A DNA stretch of 30,985 nucleotides from an uncultured Christensenellaceae bacterium (GTDB taxonomy: Bacteria; Bacillota; Clostridia; Christensenellales; Christensenellaceae). This document shows positions 16,356-25,691 of this stretch, piece after piece; the stretch's first letter is position 1; each line of letters begins with the position of its first letter. The notes under the pieces were generated by a model. The model did not search any database, was not told the DNA's origin, and saw only the letters and a list, made by a program, of their open reading frames with translations. The position numbers and the translations under genes were made by a program. The stretch is taken from NCBI GenBank assembly GCA_964453325.1, contig CAYVOZ010000005.1:1-30985 (forward strand). The letters are read 5' to 3'.

Positions 16356-17345
16356 TTACTTTACGTTGTTCTTATACTCGGGATTGAGTATCGTGCGGAT
16401 CTCCTTGCCTGCGTTGAAGTCGGAGATGACCTTTGCGCAGAACTCCATAACGTCGCGGACGCCCTGGGTGCTGACTGCGGCGGCGTGCGGGGAGACTATA
16501 ACGTTCGGCAGAGTCTTTAAGGGAGCGGGATTCGCGCAGAATTCCTTCTCGTTCACAAAAGCGTCGAGCGCTGCGCCGGCGATCTTGCCGCTCTTTAAGG
16601 CGTCGTAAAGGTCGCTCTCGTTCTGCAGTCCGCCGCGTGCGGTGTTGATGAGATATACGCCGTCCTTCATGCGGTCGATGTTCTTCTTGCAGATTATCTC
16701 CTTGGTGTCGTCGAGCAGCGGAAGGTGTACGGTGATTATATCGGACTGGGTTATGACCTCGTCGAGCGAGACCATCTTTACGTGCAGCTTTTCGGCCTGC
16801 TCGTAGTTGGGATACAGGTCATAGGCTATCATGTTCACGTCAAACGGCTGCAGCATTCTTGCGACGTGTCTTGCGATGTTGCCAAAGCCCAAAAGACCGA
16901 ACGTGCCTTCGACGGACTGGGACAGTCTGGCCTTGCAGGGGCCGACGCGCATTTCTCTGTCGTATGCGGTGATGTTTCTTAAAAGCGAGAATATCATTGC
17001 CACGGCGTGCTCTGCGACGCTGCGTGCGTTCATGCCGGGGGCGTTCGATATGGCTATGCCGAGCTCGGCTGCCTTTGCGAGGTCGAGGGTGTCAAAGCCT
17101 GTGCCGAAGCGCGCTATGAACTTGAGGTCGTCCTTGCAGGCCTCGAGAGTCTCCGCGCCCCAGTTCTCTCTGCCGGCGACTATATAGTTGCAGCCCTTGG
17201 CGGCCTCTATGACGGTCTTTGCGTCGGGAGTGTGGTTTACGGGATGATGTACTATCTCGCAGCCCTGAGCGATGGCGTCCTTGAACACCTCGTTAAAGTC
17301 TAAATTCAGCTCGTTTCTTACCAATATACCTATCTTGCCGCTCAT
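16356..17345 (-). CDS. D-isomer-specific 2-hydroxyacid dehydrogenase (phosphoglycerate dehydrogenase-like, no ACT domain)
   Basis: ARFGTGFD, NAPGMNARSVAE, GLLGFGNIA, HLPL, INTARGGL, SPHAA. Confidence 0.92.
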   Translation of the reverse strand: MSGKIGILVRNELNLDFNEVFKDAIAQGCEIVHHPVNHTPDAKTVIEAAKGCNYIVAGRENWGAETLEACKDDLKFIARFGTGFDTLDLAKAAELGIAISNAPGMNARSVAEHAVAMIFSLLRNITAYDREMRVGPCKARLSQSVEGTFGLLGFGNIARHVARMLQPFDVNMIAYDLYPNYEQAEKLHVKMVSLDEVITQSDIITVHLPLLDDTKEIICKKNIDRMKDGVYLINTARGGLQNESDLYDALKSGKIAGAALDAFVNEKEFCANPAPLKTLPNVIVSPHAAAVSTQGVRDVMEFCAKVISDFNAGKEIRTILNPEYKNNVK

Positions 17346-17400
17346 TTGTTTAATTCCTCCGAATAAAATTTGTTTGATCCTTAAAAGACATAGAGTCTCG

Positions 17401-17466
17401 AGAATACATTTCTTTTTAGTATTCTAATACAATCCTGTGGGTTTGGTCAAGTGCCTTGAAACCCAC
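17401..17466 (-). promoter_or_regulatory. Probable promoter with palindromes upstream of the 2-hydroxyacid dehydrogenase
   Basis: Minus strand TTGACC-18-TAGAAT. Inverted repeats GTGGGTTT/AAACCCAC (17437-17466) and AGAATAC/GTATTCT (17401-17425). Confidence 0.45.
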
Positions 17467-17507
17467 GAAAGCCCGCCATATGTAAACTTATTTTCCGCCG
17501 TGCGCCG

Positions 17508-19889
17508 TCAGTCGCGGAGTGTCGCCCCGAACTCACGCTTGAGCTCGTCGAGCAGCTTCTCCATATCGATATCCGCATCGGTCAGAGTGCCGTCCTTGGA
17601 GCGGAAGCGCAGCGAATACGCGAGTGACTTTTTGCCTTCGCCGATGTTCGCGCCCTGATATACGTCGAACAGCTCCGCGCTCTCGATATACTTTCCGCCG
17701 TGCGCGGTTATGAACGCCGCGATGCCGCCCGCGGGGGCGTCCTCTCCGACCGTGAGAGCGATATCCCTCTCTACCGCGGGGAATTTCGGCAGCAGCCTGA
17801 AGCGCAGGTTTTCTCTCACGAGTCCGAGCAGCGTGTCGATATTAAGCTCTGCGACATACGCCCTTCCGGGGATGTCATAGCTGTCCGCGACGTCGGGATG
17901 CACCTCTCCGAGCTCGCCTAAGTATTTGCCGTTAACGTATATCTTTGCCGAGCGGCCGGGATGCAGATACGAGCCGCCGCCGGGGACATACTCCGCGCCG
18001 CCGTCCACTCTCGCGGCCTCTAAAAGGTTCTCGATCATGCCCTTCAGCGTGAAGAAGTCCATATCTCCGCTGCCGCCGAGGCAGAGCATCTGATGCTCGT
18101 CGGGGAGTTTGCCCGCCTCTGTCGGACGGTATATTTTGCTCATCTCAAACAGGCGCAGGCGCTTGTTCTTGCGCTTGAGGTTCGTGGCGAGCACGGTCAG
18201 CATATCGCCTGTGAGTGTCGTGCGCATATATCCTGAGTCGTCGCCGAGCGGGTTCTTTATGCGTATGGCGTTTCTCATGGGATCGTCCCCGGGCAGACGC
18301 AGCTTGTCCCATACCGCGGTACCCGTGAAGGAATAGGTGATGCACTCGTCATAGCCCTGACCGACGAGATAGTATTTGAGCAGATCCCTTGCCGCGGGGC
18401 GCGGGTCGCCCATGCGCATCATTCTGCCGACGGGCTCGTTTACGGGTATGTTGTCATAGCCGTATATGCGTGCGATCTCCTCGGCGATATCGGCCTTTCC
18501 GTCGATGTCTCCGCGGAAGTGGGGGATATAGCAGAGTATCCTGCCGCCCTTGCGCTCCGTCCATATGAGCACGCGCTCGAGGCACTCGACCATCTTGTCA
18601 GAGGTGAGCTCCGTACCCAAAAGCGCGTTTATCTCGCCGGGCGTGACCTCTATCATGCGCTCGGATATGTCCTCGGAGAGCACGTCTATGCTGCCGCCGA
18701 CTATGTCTCCGGCCTTGAGCTCTGTCACGAGCTGGCAGGCACGGCGTATCGCATAGTCGCAGTTCACTGCGTCGATGCCCTTGGAGAAGCGCATGGACGC
18801 CTCTGTGGAGAGACCGAGCGCGCGCGAGGTCTGGCGGATACTTCCGTACATGAACTTTGCGGACTCGAAAACGACGGAGGTAGTGGTGTCCTTTATGCCG
18901 GAGTTCTCTCCGCCCATAACGCCCGCTATGCCTACGGGGCCTTCCGCGTCCGCTATGAGCAGCATGGACGGATTGAACACGCGCTCCTTGCCGTCGAGCG
19001 TGGTCATGCGCTCGCCGTCCTCGGCGCGGCGGACGATTATCTTTTTACCGCGTATATCGTCATAGTCGAAGGCGTGCATGGGCTGACCCGTCTCGAGCAT
19101 GACGAAGTTCGTTATGTCGACGAGATTGTTTATGGGACGCACGCCCGCGGCCTTTAAGCGCATCTGCATCCAGCGCGGCGAGGGCGCGATCTTTACGTTC
19201 TGCACCATCATGGCCATATATCTCGGGCAAAGGTCCTTGTCTTTTATCTCGACGTCCAGGAGATTCTTTATATCACCGCCCGCGGGCTTTGCCTCGGGTG
19301 TGGGTACGTGCGGTATTTTGCCTATGGCGGCCCCGGCCTCGCGCGCGAGTCCGAGTATGGACAGGCAGTCGGGACGGTTTGCGCCTACCTCGAAATCCAG
19401 CACGGTGTCGTCCGTCATAAGCACCTCGTTCATGTCCGTGCCGGGAGCCCAGTCCTCCTGCAATATGAGTATGCCGTATACGTCCGCGCCGGGGTAATCC
19501 GTAGCGGAGAGCGCGAGCTCCTCTCCCGAGCAAAGCATGCCGAAGGAGTCCACTCCGCGCAGCTTGCCCTTCTTTATGCTGACGCCGTTAGGCAGCAGCG
19601 AGCCGTGCAGCGCGGCGGGCACGAGCGCACCGACAAAGACGTTGTCCGCTCCCGTGACTATCTGCACGGGCTCGTCCTTTCCGACGTCGATGCTGCATAT
19701 CTGCAGCTTGTCGGCGTTGGGATGCTTTTCCAGTCCGATTATCTTGCCGACGACGACGTTCTTGCAGTGAGCGGACATATCCTCTATGCCCTCCACGGCG
19801 TTGCCGGTCATTACCATTTTATCGGCGAGCTCACGCGGGGAGAGCCCGGTCTTTACATAATCCATCAACCATCTGTAAGGCGCTTTCAT
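17508..19889 (-). CDS. pheT: Phenylalanine-tRNA ligase beta subunit
   Basis: HPNADKL, GKLRGVDSFGMLCS, NRPDCLS, NNLVDITNFVMLETGQPMHAFD, C-terminal FDX-ACB domain. Confidence 0.99.
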   Translation of the reverse strand: MKAPYRWLMDYVKTGLSPRELADKMVMTGNAVEGIEDMSAHCKNVVVGKIIGLEKHPNADKLQICSIDVGKDEPVQIVTGADNVFVGALVPAALHGSLLPNGVSIKKGKLRGVDSFGMLCSGEELALSATDYPGADVYGILILQEDWAPGTDMNEVLMTDDTVLDFEVGANRPDCLSILGLAREAGAAIGKIPHVPTPEAKPAGGDIKNLLDVEIKDKDLCPRYMAMMVQNVKIAPSPRWMQMRLKAAGVRPINNLVDITNFVMLETGQPMHAFDYDDIRGKKIIVRRAEDGERMTTLDGKERVFNPSMLLIADAEGPVGIAGVMGGENSGIKDTTTSVVFESAKFMYGSIRQTSRALGLSTEASMRFSKGIDAVNCDYAIRRACQLVTELKAGDIVGGSIDVLSEDISERMIEVTPGEINALLGTELTSDKMVECLERVLIWTERKGGRILCYIPHFRGDIDGKADIAEEIARIYGYDNIPVNEPVGRMMRMGDPRPAARDLLKYYLVGQGYDECITYSFTGTAVWDKLRLPGDDPMRNAIRIKNPLGDDSGYMRTTLTGDMLTVLATNLKRKNKRLRLFEMSKIYRPTEAGKLPDEHQMLCLGGSGDMDFFTLKGMIENLLEAARVDGGAEYVPGGGSYLHPGRSAKIYVNGKYLGELGEVHPDVADSYDIPGRAYVAELNIDTLLGLVRENLRFRLLPKFPAVERDIALTVGEDAPAGGIAAFITAHGGKYIESAELFDVYQGANIGEGKKSLAYSLRFRSKDGTLTDADIDMEKLLDELKREFGATLRD

Positions 19890-19900
19890 GTGAGACCTCC

Positions 19901-20923
19901 TTATTTGAACTGCTCTATGAAGCGAATGTCGTTTTCATACAGCAGGCGGATATCCGTTATGCCGTATTTTATGTTGGCGAGGCGGTCAAGGCCCATGCCG
20001 AACGCGAAGCCGGTATATTCCTCCGGGTCTATGCCGCAGTTTTTGAGCACGCGCGGATTGACCATGCCGCAGCCTAAGACCTCTATAACGCCCTGACCCT
20101 TGCATGCAGGGCAGCCCTTTCCCTTGCACAGGGAGCAGGTCGCGTCGACCTCCGCAGAGGGCTCAGTGAACGGGAAGAACGCCGGGCGGAACTTCGTGCG
20201 CGTTTCCGGCCCGAAGAACTCCTTAAGGAACGCGTCTATCGTCCCCTTGAGGTCGGCAAAGCTCGTGCCCTTGTCTATGACGAGCCCCTCGCACTGATTG
20301 AATATGGGGGAGTGCGTCGCGTCCACATCGTCGGAGCGGTACACTCTGCCCGGGCATATCATGCGTATGGGCGGCTTCTGCGAGAGCATGGTGCGCACCT
20401 GAACGGGCGACGTATGCGTGCGCAGCACGATATCGTCGGATACGTAAAAGGTGTCCTGCATATCCCGCGCGGGGTGATCCTTGGGGATATTGAGCATTTC
20501 AAAGTTGTATTTGTCATACTCTATCTCCGGCCCCTCTACCACCGAATATCCCATGCGCACGAATATATCGCGCACCTCGCGGTATACGCGCGTGAGCGGA
20601 TGCACGCTGCCTACGGCGCGTCCGGTGCCGGGCATAGTGACGTCTATGCGCTCTTTTTTGAGACGCTCGGCCTTAACGCCGTCCTCGAATTTCTTCTGTG
20701 CCGCCGCGATGGTGCGCTCCGCCTCCTCGCGCGCGGTGTTTATGAGCTGACCGAACTTAGGCCTCTCCTCGGGAGGCAGAGTCCCTAAAGTCTTCATCAT
20801 GGCTGTTAGCTCGCCCTTTTTGCCGAGATATTTGACTCTCAGCTCCTGCAGCGCTTCTCCGGATTCCGCGGTCTTGAGCGCGTTTCTCAGCTCCTCTGTG
20901 AGCCTTGCGATACTGTCCTGCAT
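19901..20923 (-). CDS. pheS: Phenylalanine-tRNA ligase alpha subunit
   Basis: HPARDMQDTF, LRTHTSPVQ, HSPIFNQCEG, FPFTEPSAE, GFAFGMGLDRL. Start moved to ATG 20923. Confidence 0.99.
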   Translation of the reverse strand: MQDSIARLTEELRNALKTAESGEALQELRVKYLGKKGELTAMMKTLGTLPPEERPKFGQLINTAREEAERTIAAAQKKFEDGVKAERLKKERIDVTMPGTGRAVGSVHPLTRVYREVRDIFVRMGYSVVEGPEIEYDKYNFEMLNIPKDHPARDMQDTFYVSDDIVLRTHTSPVQVRTMLSQKPPIRMICPGRVYRSDDVDATHSPIFNQCEGLVIDKGTSFADLKGTIDAFLKEFFGPETRTKFRPAFFPFTEPSAEVDATCSLCKGKGCPACKGQGVIEVLGCGMVNPRVLKNCGIDPEEYTGFAFGMGLDRLANIKYGITDIRLLYENDIRFIEQFK

Positions 20924-20957
20924 GTTCTTCCCCTTTCCGTACATACGTTTTCAAAAT

Positions 20958-21215
20958 CAAAAAGCCACCGACCCTGTGCGGGACGATGGCCATAACCTCG
21001 TGGTACCACCCGAATTTGCCGTATAAAGCATACGGCCTCGTTAAAGGAGGGGATAACGGAGCTCCGTCTCCGCCTGCGCCTACTTAAAAAAACGTTCAGC
21101 GCGGGATGCTCGGGGGTGAAATTTCATTCTTGCTCGCGGGGGCGGACTTTCAGCCGGTGATCCGCCGTCTCTTTCTGCCCGCGGGGTGCAAAAGCTACTT
21201 TGCCCCGTCTCGGCA
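20958..21215 (-). ncRNA. T-box riboswitch, Phe (UUC) specifier
   Basis: Stem I elements AGUAG, AGAGA, GCUGAAAG. Specifier loop GAAAU-UUC-ACCCC (UUC at 21120-21118). T-box AAUUCGGGUGGUACCACG. Terminator GCCAUCGUCCC..GGGUCGGUGGC-UUUUU directly upstream of pheS. Confidence 0.95.
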
Positions 21216-21221
21216 AGGGAT

Positions 21222-21250
21222 ATGTTAACACAGGCGTTTTCATTTTGCAA
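21222..21250 (-). promoter_or_regulatory. SigA-type promoter of the T-box-pheST operon
   Basis: TTGCAA-17-TAACAT with TGn extension. Confidence 0.65.
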
Positions 21251-21412
21251 GCCCGAATACGCGTGTTTTTCCCCATTCACCGACCTGCATCACCCTCACG
21301 AACATCTTAGACCGTGTCGGCGGTATTTGCGCTATGTCGGCATTTCCTTTTGCCTCAAGAAACTGTATAATATACGGGCAGGACGATTTTGCTGGTGAAA
21401 AGAGGCAGATAT

Positions 21413-23443
21413 ATGCTTAAAAGGATATACGACAGCTTTTTCAAAGAGAAATGGACGTTCTATACATATATGCTCGCGCTCTCGGCGCTGCTCGTCGTGG
21501 GTCAGCTGCTTGTGGTGTGCTATATAAACCTTACGCAGATGCCATACCATTTAGGGTATGACGCGACGTCGAATATATTGAAGGCCGCTCAGATATGGGA
21601 GCAGGGCTCGATCTTTCCGGCGGCATGGGTGGATCAGAATATACTGCTGTTCGATTCCGCAGCGCTGCCCGCAGCGCTTATATACGGCATATGCGGAGAC
21701 CTTCTGACAGCCTACGGCGTCGCCAACATTCTGATGACAGTCTGCCTCGTGCTTTGTGTGTGGGGGCTCGCAAAGAGCCTCGGCATGACTCCGCTTTCCT
21801 CGCTCATAACGCTCGTCATGTTCTTATGCCCATATGTTTCCGGCGCGTTTTCCAACGTAAACGACCTCGGCTATGTGTCGATGCTGTTTACGTCGGCGGG
21901 CTTTTACAGCGTGAGGATAATCACCTCGCTTTTAGCGGTAAAGACCGTTATAGACATAAAGAATAAGAGAAGCGCACGCGTATGCATACCGCTCGCGGCG
22001 GCGGGGGTGCTGCTTTCGGCGCTATGCGGAGCCTCGAGCGGAATGTTTCTTGCGGTCACTGTGCTCGCTCCTCTCGTGCTTTATATAGCGATAGACGCCA
22101 TAGCGAAAAACAAGCCGCGCGAGATACTGTCTCCCGCGATGCTCTTCGCCGTGGGCTCGCTCGTGCTGTCCGTGGCGGCGAGAATGATAGTGTCCCGCTT
22201 TGTCGGCTTTGACAGCAAGGACATGTCCATGAGCTTTATAGAGCCGGAGAAGCTTTTCGCCAATGCCGGCAATCAGATAATAGGCTTTATGATACTCATA
22301 GGCGCATATACCCCCATGGGCAAGATAGGGGTGATGAGCGGCACGGGGATGTGCTATCTGATAGGCCTCGTGATATTCGGTATATGCATCGTCGCCGTGG
22401 TATGCTTTGCTTTTGCACTGAAAAAGTATTTAAGGAACTCCGCGTATCTGCCGTTTTTTGTGATAGTTATATTCGACTTTCTGCTGTTTACGTTCGTGGA
22501 CACGAGCTACAGCCAGCTGATATTCGAGTATCGGTATCTGGTTTTTCCGTTCATATGCGTGATATTCCTCATTGCGCGGTATATCGACAGCCTTGGGGAT
22601 AACACTGCGTTTAAAAAAGCGGGCGTGCTCCTGCTCGCGGGGTGTATGCTTGTAATGACGGGTACCTCGGATTACAGATACCTGAGAGGAAAGAACAATT
22701 ACGATGTGATGTCGGATATTATCGTACGCACTGCGGAATATGACGTGAACGCGGCATATGTTATCGCGGGAGAGGACGACGATACTGTGGTGCTGGCTAA
22801 GAACCTCAGGGTCTTGGATCTGTCGAGAGAGTATAAGCTTTTGCATACCGATTACAAGGAGATCGTGCATTGGGGCGATTATACGGGCCGTGACGACGCG
22901 GCACTGGCGGGGGACGAGAACATAGTCATTGCTCCGGCCGGAGAATTTGACAAGCTGCCCGACTATATGAAAAACACCTACAGCCTGCTCTTTGAGAGCG
23001 GCGGATATTTCGTATATCATTCGGACACGAACCGCTTCGATCTCAACCACAAGGTACTGCGCGGAGCGAACAGAGAGCTGCCCGACAGCCCGATGCTTTT
23101 TGCGGAAAACGGCGGAATAACCGATACGGGGAGCTATCTTTCAAACGGCGCGGCGGGCTTCTGCCTGTCCGGCAGCACACAGTATACCGAGGCGGGCACG
23201 TATGACGTGACGCTCAATTATCGTATCCACGAGTCGTCGGACGAAGCTCCCGCACAGTTTGCGGTATTCGTGGACGGATGGGAGAACATAGTCGGCATAG
23301 AGACTCTTGATGCGAAGGAGGGTTCCGTTACGATAAGCGGCGTGTCGCTGACGAATTACTGCCAGTTCGGCTGCTTTGTCACGGAGAGCGACGGCACCGT
23401 GATAGAGATATACTCCGTGGATATTGTGAGCGCGGAGGGATAA
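21413..23443 (+). CDS. Polytopic membrane protein, GT-C-like glycosyltransferase with C-terminal carbohydrate-binding-like beta domain
   Basis: About 11-12 hydrophobic segments in the N-terminal ~430 aa. Acidic loop after TM1 (HLGYDATSN). C-terminal beta-rich YTEAGTYDVTLNY. Start ATG 21413. TATAAT at 21366-21371. Function is inferred. Confidence 0.55.
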   Translation: MLKRIYDSFFKEKWTFYTYMLALSALLVVGQLLVVCYINLTQMPYHLGYDATSNILKAAQIWEQGSIFPAAWVDQNILLFDSAALPAALIYGICGDLLTAYGVANILMTVCLVLCVWGLAKSLGMTPLSSLITLVMFLCPYVSGAFSNVNDLGYVSMLFTSAGFYSVRIITSLLAVKTVIDIKNKRSARVCIPLAAAGVLLSALCGASSGMFLAVTVLAPLVLYIAIDAIAKNKPREILSPAMLFAVGSLVLSVAARMIVSRFVGFDSKDMSMSFIEPEKLFANAGNQIIGFMILIGAYTPMGKIGVMSGTGMCYLIGLVIFGICIVAVVCFAFALKKYLRNSAYLPFFVIVIFDFLLFTFVDTSYSQLIFEYRYLVFPFICVIFLIARYIDSLGDNTAFKKAGVLLLAGCMLVMTGTSDYRYLRGKNNYDVMSDIIVRTAEYDVNAAYVIAGEDDDTVVLAKNLRVLDLSREYKLLHTDYKEIVHWGDYTGRDDAALAGDENIVIAPAGEFDKLPDYMKNTYSLLFESGGYFVYHSDTNRFDLNHKVLRGANRELPDSPMLFAENGGITDTGSYLSNGAAGFCLSGSTQYTEAGTYDVTLNYRIHESSDEAPAQFAVFVDGWENIVGIETLDAKEGSVTISGVSLTNYCQFGCFVTESDGTVIEIYSVDIVSAEG

Positions 23444-23468
23444 GGCCGTACGTTATAAGATGTGAAAT

Positions 23469-23517
23469 AAGGCCGCGGCAGGGATGCTTCAAAAGAGCGT
23501 CTCTGCCGCGGCCTTTT
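23469..23517 (+). terminator. Intrinsic terminator (probably bidirectional)
   Basis: AAGGCCGCGGCAG...CTGCCGCGGCCTTTT stem between convergent genes. Confidence 0.85.
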
Positions 23518-23612
23518 AGTCTGTCAGGGACAGCTATACTGATGTAAAGCCTGTTTGCATCGTTTTACGGTACATGTTGTCTGTCCTGCGATCGTCATTG
23601 TTTTGTCCTGCG

Positions 23613-24842
23613 TCATATCATCCAAATAGGCACTATCAAATTATCGCGGTCGAATGCACTGAGTCTGTCGGCCATACAGAGTATTGCGCCGGTTCCGGGA
23701 TGCAGCGGCGACTTGTCGATAACGCCAAAGGTGCGTACGAGGCGCCTGTCCGGCGCGGACGTCTTTTTTATCTCCAGTGGGCAGAGCCTGCCGTCGCTTT
23801 CCAGAATAACGTCGATCTCATTGGCGTCCCGGTCGCGGTAGTAGTGTATATAAGGCTCGCGTCCGGCGTTCTGATAGCTCTTCATGATCTCGGATACAGT
23901 GAAGTTCTCAAGAAGAGCACCGCTCATAGCTCCGCTTTCGGCCACCTCGGGCGACGACCAGCGCGTCAGATAGCAGACAAGGCCGGTATCGTAAAAATAC
24001 AGCTTAGGCGTCTTGATCGTGCGCTTAAGAACATTGTTCGAGTAGGGATGAAGAAGGAACACGATACCCAGCGTCTCAAGAATGTTTAACCAGTTTTTGC
24101 ACGTGACCTGGTCGATGTCGGAATCTTCGGCGATAGAACTATAGTTTACGAGCTGTGAGGCTCTGGCGGCAACAGCCGTAATAAAACGAATAAACTTCAA
24201 TGCGTCCACAGAGCCGGAAAGATCACGGACGTCGCGCTCCACATAGGTCGAGAGATAAGAGGAATAGAAAATGTCACGTCCGGTAAAAGCGCCGCTGATA
24301 AGACCGGGCATACAGCCCGTCCACAGACGTTTGAACAGCTCAGGAGTGGTCATAGGTTTTATTGACTTGCTCTGTTCAGCGAGCGTTTCAAAGTCGGTCG
24401 TGAACGGAACGCAGTCGGAGTCCGCAATTTCCCGCTGTGATAACGGCGACATATGCAAAAGCGCCACGCGTCCGGCGAGAGATTCCTGCACACCCCGCAT
24501 CAGTCGAAAGATCTGTGAGCCTGTCAGCCAGAAATCTCCGGGTCCATGGTACTCGTCCACATGGATCTTGATATAGGTGAACAGCTCCGGCGCGTACTGT
24601 ATCTCGTCAATGAGAACCGGAGGCTTATGAAGCTGAAGAAACATTTTCGGATCGTTCTTTGCAAGCTCACGCATATTCAGGTCGTCGAGTGATACATACT
24701 CCCGACCGATGTTTTCACGCGCGGCCAGTTCCCGCAGCATCGTCGTTTTGCCTGCTTGCCTCGGCCCGGTCAACAAGATCACCGGCCAGCTTTTGCTAAG
24801 AGCCTGCACGACTTCTTCCATATGCCGTTTGATATACTTCAT
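23613..24842 (-). CDS. AAA+ ATPase (AAA_14) with DUF4143 C-terminal domain
   Basis: Walker A GPRQAGKT, Walker B LIDEIQ, LTGS, KLYFYDTGL, and PD-(D/E)xK-like EIDVIL...PLEIKK. Start moved to ATG 24842. Confidence 0.9.
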   Translation of the reverse strand: MKYIKRHMEEVVQALSKSWPVILLTGPRQAGKTTMLRELAARENIGREYVSLDDLNMRELAKNDPKMFLQLHKPPVLIDEIQYAPELFTYIKIHVDEYHGPGDFWLTGSQIFRLMRGVQESLAGRVALLHMSPLSQREIADSDCVPFTTDFETLAEQSKSIKPMTTPELFKRLWTGCMPGLISGAFTGRDIFYSSYLSTYVERDVRDLSGSVDALKFIRFITAVAARASQLVNYSSIAEDSDIDQVTCKNWLNILETLGIVFLLHPYSNNVLKRTIKTPKLYFYDTGLVCYLTRWSSPEVAESGAMSGALLENFTVSEIMKSYQNAGREPYIHYYRDRDANEIDVILESDGRLCPLEIKKTSAPDRRLVRTFGVIDKSPLHPGTGAILCMADRLSAFDRDNLIVPIWMI

Positions 24843-24885
24843 AACACACCGCCATTCCCGCATCGGAAACAATGCTGTTTATATC

Positions 24886-24914
24886 ATTATAGACAGTCGG
24901 AGCGGAATTAGCAA
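24886..24914 (-). promoter_or_regulatory. SigA-type promoter of the AAA/DUF4143 gene
   Basis: TTGCTA-17-TATAAT. Confidence 0.65.
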
Positions 24915-24962
24915 TAAAAACTTCGGCAGATCCATATCATAGTCGAATATCTGCCGAAGTTT
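24914..24962 (-). terminator. Intrinsic terminator after rubrerythrin
   Basis: 14-bp perfect stem AAACTTCGGCAGAT/ATCTGCCGAAGTTT followed by a T-run on the minus strand. Confidence 0.8.
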
Positions 24963-25055
24963 CGGAGCGCGGACGCGGACATGAATGCCGGTCTGCGCTC
25001 CGGGTCGTATTGCTGTTATAAGCCTTGCCCGCGGCATTTCGGTCGCTTTACAGCC

Positions 25056-25616
25056 TTACTCCGCGATCCCGGGAGCGGGGTATACGGGCTCCTCGGCGGG
25101 GGCAAAGAAGCTCTGCGGATGCGAGCAGACCGGGCAGACCGCGGGAGCCTCGTCCGCATAGTGTATATAACCGCAGTTCGAGCATACCCACAGTATGCGC
25201 TGCGGCTTTTTGAATACCTCTCCGCTTTCGAGCTCGGAGAGCAGCGCCTCGTACCTTTGCATATGCGAGTGCTCTATTTTTGCTACCGCCTCAAAGCGCT
25301 GCGCCTGTGCGAAGAAGCCCTCCGCTTTTGCGTCCGCGGCAAAGCCCGCGTACATATCCGACCATTCGTATCTCTCGCCGTCGGCGGCATTTTTGAGATT
25401 TGCTAGCGTGTCGCCTATGCCGCCGACTATATCCGAATACCATATCTTTGAGTGCGCAAGCTCGTTTTCCGCGGTCAGCTCGAATATCCTAGCTATATTG
25501 TTATAGCCCTCCTTGCGCGCCTTCTCCGCAAAATATCTGTATTTGGCATATGCCTGCGTCTCGCCCGCCCATGCCGCGAACAGATCCTCATAGGTCTTTG
25601 AGCCCTTTAATTCCAT
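25056..25616 (-). CDS. rbr: Rubrerythrin
   Basis: AGETQA, ENELAH, GERYE, IEHSH diiron motifs plus C-terminal CSNC...CPVC rubredoxin-like domain. Start moved to ATG 25616. Confidence 0.93.
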   Translation of the reverse strand: MELKGSKTYEDLFAAWAGETQAYAKYRYFAEKARKEGYNNIARIFELTAENELAHSKIWYSDIVGGIGDTLANLKNAADGERYEWSDMYAGFAADAKAEGFFAQAQRFEAVAKIEHSHMQRYEALLSELESGEVFKKPQRILWVCSNCGYIHYADEAPAVCPVCSHPQSFFAPAEEPVYPAPGIAE

Positions 25617-25691
25617 AAAAAATACCACCCTTCGCTTTTTCGGATAGAATGTCCGTGCGGGGGCGGTATTATGCGGCGGCGCATGTTTTTT

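Noticed and set aside
23570-23605. Short direct repeat TGTCCTGCG x2 between convergent genes
   Set aside because: Only 9 bp and two copies, with no supporting structure.
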